A stretch of 56,612 nucleotides of DNA, from the NCBI GenBank assembly GCA_032718475.1, contig JAUCBJ010003948.1, forward strand, positions 1-56,612. Direction: 5' to 3'. This document shows positions 48,431 to 56,612 of the stretch, one piece after another. The stretch is from Nemertoderma westbladi (Eukaryota > Animalia > Xenacoelomorpha). Position numbers and translations under genes: made by a program. A model generated the notes under the pieces. That model was not told the DNA's origin. It worked only from the letters and a program-made list of their open reading frames with translations, and ran no database searches. Position 1 is the first letter of the stretch. Every line of letters starts with the position of its first letter.

Positions 48431-51400
48431 GTTTACGGATTGTTTGTGGACTGGTTTACGGACTGTTTGTGGACTGGTTTACGGACTGTTTGTGGACTGG
48501 TTTACGGACTGTTTGTGGACTGGTTTACGGACTGTTTGTGGACTGGTTTACGGACTGTTTGTGGACTGGTTTACGGACTGTTTGTGGACTGGTTTACGGA
48601 CTGTTTGTGGACTGGTTTACGGACTGTTTGTGGACTGGTTTACGGATTGTTTGTGGACTGGTTTACGGACTGTTTGTGGACTGGTTTACGGACTGTTTGT
48701 GGACTGGTTTACGGACTGTTTGTGGACTGGTTTACGGACTGTTTGTGGACTGGTTTACGGACTGTTTGTGGACTGGTTTACGGACTGTTTGTGGACTGGT
48801 TTACGGACTGTTTGTGGACTGGTTTACGGACTGTTTGTGGACTGGTTTACGGACTGTTTGTGGACTGGTTTACGGACTGTTTGTGGACTGGTTTACGGAT
48901 TGTTTGTGGACTGGTTTACGGACTGTTTGTGGACTGGTTTACGGATTGTTTGTGGACTGGTTTACGGACTGTTTGTGGACTGGTTTACGGACTGTTTGTG
49001 GACTGGTTTACGGACTGTTTGTGGACTGGTTTACGGACTGTTTGTGGACTGGTTTACGGACTGTTTGTGGACTGGTTTACGGACTGTTTGTGGACTGGTT
49101 TACGGATTGTTTGTGGACTGGTTTACGGATTGTTTGTGGACTGGTTTACGGACTGTTTGTGGACTGGTTTACGGACTGTTTGTGGACTGGTTTACGGATT
49201 GTTTGTGGACTGGTTTACGGACTGTTTGTGGACTGGTTTACGGACTGTTTGTGGACTGGTTTACGGACTGTTTGTGGACTGGTTTACGGACTGTTTGTGG
49301 TTGTGGACTGGTTTACGGACTGTTTGTGGACTGGTTTACGGACTGTTTGTGGACTGGTTTACGGACTGTTTGTGGACTGGTTTACGGACTGTTTGTGGAC
49401 TGGTTTACGGACTGTTTGTGGACTGGTTTACGGACTGTTTGTGGACTGGTTTACGGACTGTTTGTGGACTGGTTTACGGACTGTTTGTGGACTGGTTTAC
49501 GGACTGTTTGTGGACTGGTTTACGGACTGTTTGTGGACTGGTTTACGGACTGTTTGTGGACTGGTTTACGGACTGTTTGTGGACTGGTTTACGGACTGTT
49601 TGTGGACTGGTTTACGGACTGTTTGTGGACTGGTTTACGGATTGTTTGTGGACTGGTTTACGGACTGTTTGTGGACTGGTTTACGGACTGTTTGTGGACT
49701 GGTTTACGGACTGTTTGTGGACTGGTTTACGGACTGTTTGTGGACTGGTTTACGGACTGTTTGTGGACTGGTTTACGGACTGTTTGTGGACTGGTTTACG
49801 GACTGTTTGTGGACTGGTTTACGGACTGTTTGTGGACTGGTTTACGGACTGTTTGTGGACTGGTTTACGGACTGTTTGTGGACTGGTTTACGGACTGTTT
49901 GTGGACTGGTTTACGGACTGTTTGTGGACTGGTTTACGGACTGTTTGTGGACTGGTTTACGGACTGTTTGTGGACTGGTTTACGGACTGTTTGTGGACTG
50001 GTTTACGGACTGTTTGTGGACTGGTTTACGGACTGTTTGTGGACTGGTTTACGGACTGTTTGTGGACTGGTTTACGGACTGTTTGTGGACTGGTTTACGG
50101 ACTGTTTGTGGACTGGTTTACGGACTGTTTGTGGACTGGTTTACGGACTGTTTGTGGACTGGTTTACGGACTGTTTGTGGACTGGTTTACGGACTGTTTG
50201 TGGACTGGTTTACGGACTGTTTGTGGACTGGTTTACGGACTGTTTGTGGACTGGTTTACGGACTGTTTGTGGACTGGTTTACGGACTGTTTGTGGACTGG
50301 TTTACGGACTGTTTGTGGACTGGTTTACGGACTGTTTGTGGACTGGTTTACGGACTGTTTGTGGACTGGTTTACGGACTGTTTGTGGACTGGTTTACGGA
50401 CTGTTTGTGGACTGGTTTACGGACTGTTTGTGGACTGGTTTACGGACTGTTTGTGGACTGGTTTACGGACTGTTTGTGGACTGGTTTACGGACTGTTTGT
50501 GGACTGGTTTACGGACTGTTTGTGGACTGGTTTACGGACTGTTTGTGGACTGGTTTACGGACTGTTTGTGGACTGGTTTACGGACTGTTTGTGGACTGGT
50601 TTACGGACTGTTTGTGGACTGGTTTACGGACTGTTTGTGGACTGGTTTACGGACTGTTTGTGGACTGGTTTACGGACTGTTTGTGGACTGGTTTACGGAC
50701 TGTTTGTGGACTGGTTTACGGACTGTTTGTGGACTGGTTTACGGACTGTTTGTGGACTGGTTTACGGACTGTTTGTGGACTGGTTTACGGACTGTTTGTG
50801 GACTGGTTTACGGACTGTTTGTGGACTGGTTTACGGACTGTTTGTGGACTGGTTTACGGACTGTTTGTGGACTGGTTTACGGACTGTTTGTGGACTGGTT
50901 TACGGACTGTTTGTGGACTGGTTTACGGACTGTTTGTGGACTGGTTTACGGACTGTTTGTGGACTGGTTTACGGACTGTTTGTGGACTGGTTTACGGACT
51001 GTTTGTGGACTGGTTTACGGACTGTTTGTGGACTGGTTTACGGACTGTTTGTGGACTGGTTTACGGACTGTTTGTGGACTGGTTTACGGACTGTTTGTGG
51101 ACTGGTTTACGGACTGTTTGTGGACTGGTTTACGGACTGTTTGTGGACTGGTTTACGGACTGTTTGTGGACTGGTTTACGGACTGTTTGTGGACTGGTTT
51201 ACGGACTGTTTGTGGACTGGTTTACGGACTGTTTGTGGACTGGTTTACGGACTGTTTGTGGACTGGTTTACGGACTGTTTGTGGACTGGTTTACGGACTG
51301 TTTGTGGACTGGTTTACGGACTGTTTGTGGACTGGTTTACGGACTGTTTGTGGACTGGTTTACGGACTGTTTGTGGACTGGTTTACGGACTGTTTGTGGA

Positions 51401-54400
51401 CTGGTTTACGGACTGTTTGTGGACTGGTTTACGGACTGTTTGTGGACTGGTTTACGGACTGTTTGTGGACTGGTTTACGGACTGTTTGTGGACTGGTTTA
51501 CGGACTGTTTGTGGACTGGTTTACGGACTGTTTGTGGACTGGTTTACGGACTGTTTGTGGACTGGTTTACGGACTGTTTGTGGACTGGTTTACGGACTGT
51601 TTGTGGACTGGTTTACGGATTGTTTGTGGACTGGTTTACGGACTGTTTGTGGACTGGTTTACGGACTGTTTGTGGACTGGTTTACGGACTGTTTGTGGAC
51701 TGGTTTACGGACTGTTTGTGGACTGGTTTACGGACTGTTTGTGGACTGGTTTACGGACTGTTTGTGGACTGGTTTACGGACTGTTTGTGGACTGGTTTAC
51801 GGACTGTTTGTGGACTGGTTTACGGACTGTTTGTGGACTGGTTTACGGACTGTTTGTGGACTGGTTTACGGACTGTTTGTGGACTGGTTTACGGACTGTT
51901 TGTGGACTGGTTTACGGACTGTTTGTGGACTGGTTTACGGACTGTTTGTGGACTGGTTTACGGACTGTTTGTGGACTGGTTTACGGACTGTTTGTGGACT
52001 GGTTTACGGACTGTTTGTGGACTGGTTTACGGACTGTTTGTGGACTGGTTTACGGACTGTTTGTGGACTGGTTTACGGACTGTTTGTGGACTGGTTTACG
52101 GACTGTTTGTGGACTGGTTTACGGACTGTTTGTGGACTGGTTTACGGACTGTTTGTGGACTGGTTTACGGACTGTTTGTGGACTGGTTTACGGACTGTTT
52201 GTGGACTGGTTTACGGACTGTTTGTGGACTGGTTTACGGACTGTTTGTGGACTGGTTTACGGACTGTTTGTGGACTGGTTTACGGACTGTTTGTGGACTG
52301 GTTTACGGACTGTTTGTGGACTGGTTTACGGACTGTTTGTGGACTGGTTTACGGACTGTTTGTGGACTGGTTTACGGACTGTTTGTGGACTGGTTTACGG
52401 ACTGTTTGTGGACTGGTTTACGGACTGTTTGTGGACTGGTTTACGGACTGTTTGTGGACTGGTTTACGGACTGTTTGTGGACTGGTTTACGGACTGTTTG
52501 TGGACTGGTTTACGGACTGTTTGTGGACTGGTTTACGGACTGTTTGTGGACTGGTTTACGGACTGTTTGTGGACTGGTTTACGGACTGTTTGTGGACTGG
52601 TTTACGGACTGTTTGTGGACTGGTTTACGGACTGTTTGTGGACTGGTTTACGGACTGTTTGTGGACTGGTTTACGGACTGTTTGTGGACTGGTTTACGGA
52701 CTGTTTGTGGACTGGTTTACGGACTGTTTGTGGACTGGTTTACGGACTGTTTGTGGACTGGTTTACGGACTGTTTGTGGACTGGTTTACGGACTGTTTGT
52801 GGACTGGTTTACGGACTGTTTGTGGACTGGTTTACGGACTGTTTGTGGACTGGTTTACGGACTGTTTGTGGACTGGTTTACGGACTGTTTGTGGACTGGT
52901 TTACGGACTGTTTGTGGACTGGTTTACGGACTGTTTGTGGACTGGTTTACGGACTGTTTGTGGACTGGTTTACGGACTGTTTGTGGACTGGTTTACGGAC
53001 TGTTTGTGGACTGGTTTACGGACTGTTTGTGGACTGGTTTACGGACTGTTTGTGGACTGGTTTACGGACTGTTTGTGGACTGGTTTACGGACTGTTTGTG
53101 GACTGGTTTACGGACTGTTTGTGGACTGGTTTACGGACTGTTTGTGGACTGGTTTACGGACTGTTTGTGGACTGGTTTACGGACTGTTTGTGGACTGGTT
53201 TACGGACTGTTTGTGGACTGGTTTACGGACTGTTTGTGGACTGGTTTACGGACTGTTTGTGGACTGGTTTACGGACTGTTTGTGGACTGGTTTACGGACT
53301 GTTTGTGGACTGGTTTACGGACTGTTTGTGGACTGGTTTACGGACTGTTTGTGGACTGGTTTACGGACTGTTTGTGGACTGGTTTACGGACTGTTTGTGG
53401 ACTGGTTTACGGACTGTTTGTGGACTGGTTTACGGACTGTTTGTGGACTGGTTTACGGACTGTTTGTGGACTGGTTTACGGACTGTTTGTGGACTGGTTT
53501 ACGGACTGTTTGTGGACTGGTTTACGGACTGTTTGTGGACTGGTTTACGGACTGTTTGTGGACTGGTTTACGGACTGTTTGTGGACTGGTTTACGGACTG
53601 TTTGTGGACTGGTTTACGGACTGTTTGTGGACTGGTTTACGGACTGTTTGTGGACTGGTTTACGGACTGTTTGTGGACTGGTTTACGGACTGTTTGTGGA
53701 CTGGTTTACGGACTGTTTGTGGACTGGTTTACGGACTGTTTGTGGACTGGTTTACGGACTGTTTGTGGACTGGTTTACGGACTGTTTGTGGACTGGTTTA
53801 CGGACTGTTTGTGGACTGGTTTACGGACTGTTTGTGGACTGGTTTACGGACTGTTTGTGGACTGGTTTACGGACTGTTTGTGGACTGGTTTACGGACTGT
53901 TTGTGGACTGGTTTACGGACTGTTTGTGGACTGGTTTACGGACTGTTTGTGGACTGGTTTACGGACTGTTTGTGGACTGGTTTACGGACTGTTTGTGGAC
54001 TGGTTTACGGACTGTTTGTGGACTGGTTTACGGACTGTTTGTGGACTGGTTTACGGACTGTTTGTGGACTGGTTTACGGACTGTTTGTGGACTGGTTTAC
54101 GGACTGTTTGTGGACTGGTTTACGGACTGTTTGTGGACTGGTTTACGGACTGTTTGTGGACTGGTTTACGGACTGTTTGTGGACTGGTTTACGGACTGTT
54201 TGTGGACTGGTTTACGGACTGTTTGTGGACTGGTTTACGGACTGTTTGTGGACTGGTTTACGGACTGTTTGTGGACTGGTTTACGGACTGTTTGTGGACT
54301 GGTTTACGGACTGTTTGTGGACTGGTTTACGGACTGTTTGTGGACTGGTTTACGGACTGTTTGTGGACTGGTTTACGGACTGTTTGTGGACTGGTTTACG

Positions 54401-56612
54401 GACTGTTTGTGGACTGGTTTACGGACTGTTTGTGGACTGGTTTACGGACTGTTTGTGGACTGGTTTACGGACTGTTTGTGGACTGGTTTACGGACTGTTT
54501 GTGGACTGGTTTACGGACTGTTTGTGGACTGGTTTACGGACTGTTTGTGGACTGGTTTACGGACTGTTTGTGGACTGGTTTACGGACTGTTTGTGGACTG
54601 GTTTACGGACTGTTTGTGGACTGGTTTACGGACTGTTTGTGGACTGGTTTACGGACTGTTTGTGGACTGGTTTACGGACTGTTTGTGGACTGGTTTACGG
54701 ACTGTTTGTGGACTGGTTTACGGACTGTTTGTGGACTGGTTTACGGACTGTTTGTGGACTGGTTTACGGACTGTTTGTGGACTGGTTTACGGACTGTTTG
54801 TGGACTGGTTTACGGACTGTTTGTGGACTGGTTTACGGACTGTTTGTGGACTGGTTTACGGACTGTTTGTGGACTGGTTTACGGACTGTTTGTGGACTGG
54901 TTTACGGACTGTTTGTGGACTGGTTTACGGACTGTTTGTGGACTGGTTTACGGACTGTTTGTGGACTGGTTTACGGACTGTTTGTGGACTGGTTTACGGA
55001 CTGTTTGTGGACTGGTTTACGGACTGTTTGTGGACTGGTTTACGGACTGTTTGTGGACTGGTTTACGGACTGTTTGTGGACTGGTTTACGGACTGTTTGT
55101 GGACTGGTTTACGGACTGTTTGTGGACTGGTTTACGGACTGTTTGTGGACTGGTTTACGGACTGTTTGTGGACTGGTTTACGGACTGTTTGTGGACTGGT
55201 TTACGGACTGTTTGTGGACTGGTTTACGGACTGTTTGTGGACTGGTTTACGGACTGTTTGTGGACTGGTTTACGGACTGTTTGTGGACTGGTTTACGGAC
55301 TGTTTGTGGACTGGTTTACGGACTGTTTGTGGACTGGTTTACGGACTGTTTGTGGACTGGTTTACGGACTGTTTGTGGACTGGTTTACGGACTGTTTGTG
55401 GACTGGTTTACGGACTGTTTGTGGACTGGTTTACGGACTGTTTGTGGACTGGTTTACGGACTGTTTGTGGACTGGTTTACGGACTGTTTGTGGACTGGTT
55501 TACGGACTGTTTGTGGACTGGTTTACGGACTGTTTGTGGACTGGTTTACGGACTGTTTGTGGACTGGTTTACGGACTGTTTGTGGACTGGTTTACGGACT
55601 GTTTGTGGACTGGTTTACGGACTGTTTGTGGACTGGTTTACGGACTGTTTGTGGACTGGTTTACGGACTGTTTGTGGACTGGTTTACGGACTGTTTGTGG
55701 ACTGGTTTACGGACTGTTTGTGGACTGGTTTACGGACTGTTTGTGGACTGGTTTACGGACTGTTTGTGGACTGGTTTACGGACTGTTTGTGGACTGGTTT
55801 ACGGACTGTTTGTGGACTGGTTTACGGACTGTTTGTGGACTGGTTTACGGACTGTTTGTGGACTGGTTTACGGACTGTTTGTGGACTGGTTTACGGACTG
55901 TTTGTGGACTGGTTTACGGACTGTTTGTGGACTGGTTTACGGACTGTTTGTGGACTGGTTTACGGACTGTTTGTGGACTGGTTTACGGACTGTTTGTGGA
56001 CTGGTTTACGGACTGTTTGTGGACTGGTTTACGGACTGTTTGTGGACTGGTTTACGGACTGTTTGTGGACTGGTTTACGGACTGTTTGTGGACTGGTTTA
56101 CGGACTGTTTGTGGACTGGTTTACGGACTGTTTGTGGACTGGTTTACGGACTGTTTGTGGACTGGTTTACGGACTGTTTGTGGACTGGTTTACGGACTGT
56201 TTGTGGACTGGTTTACGGACTGTTTGTGGACTGGTTTACGGACTGTTTGTGGACTGGTTTACGGACTGTTTGTGGACTGGTTTACGGACTGTTTGTGGAC
56301 TGGTTTACGGACTGTTTGTGGACTGGTTTACGGACTGTTTGTGGACTGGTTTACGGACTGTTTGTGGACTGGTTTACGGACTGTTTGTGGACTGGTTTAC
56401 GGACTGTTTGTGGACTGGTTTACGGACTGTTTGTGGACTGGTTTACGGACTGTTTGTGGACTGGTTTACGGACTGTTTGTGGACTGGTTTACGGACTGTT
56501 TGTGGACTGGTTTACGGACTGTTTGTGGACTGGTTTACGGACTGTTTGTGGACTGGTTTACGGACTGTTTGTGGACTGGTTTACGGACTGTTTGTGGACT
56601 GGTTTACGGACT
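48431..56612. repeat. 23-bp satellite, highly homogeneous
   Basis: Unit GTTTACGGACTGTTTGTGGACTG, about 355 copies, running off the window end. Confidence 0.99.

Overview
Repeat-rich animal (probably bilaterian invertebrate) nuclear DNA. Host genes: five phase-compatible 3' exons of a long-tailed class I myosin (+, 12131-16852, last SH3 exon not found), one isolated axonemal dynein heavy chain exon (+), an intronless MZT1/MOZART1 gene (-) and a two-exon SMIM4/UQCC5-like gene (-). Three satellites (40/44 bp, 47 bp, 23 bp) take up about 20 kb. Retroelements: a 5'-truncated CR1/L2-group LINE inside the first satellite, Ty3/Gypsy pol, degenerate BEL/Pao, and RTE and Penelope fragments, plus several non-autonomous TIR elements. 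The most notable structure is a 7.6 kb element (20511-28139) with ~700 bp TIRs ending AGTAGT...ACTACT, as Polintons/Mavericks do. It has no integrase, polymerase or capsid gene. It carries two intact orphan ORFs behind copies of the same CRE-CCAAT-TATA-Inr promoter, two oppositely oriented palindromic arrays, a tRNA-like Pol III unit and convergent CTCF-like motifs. Its flanks do not match (Gypsy left, BEL right, no TSD) and the host genes on both sides are incomplete, which suggests a rearrangement breakpoint or a misassembly. All calls come from reading the sequence by eye; no searches were run.
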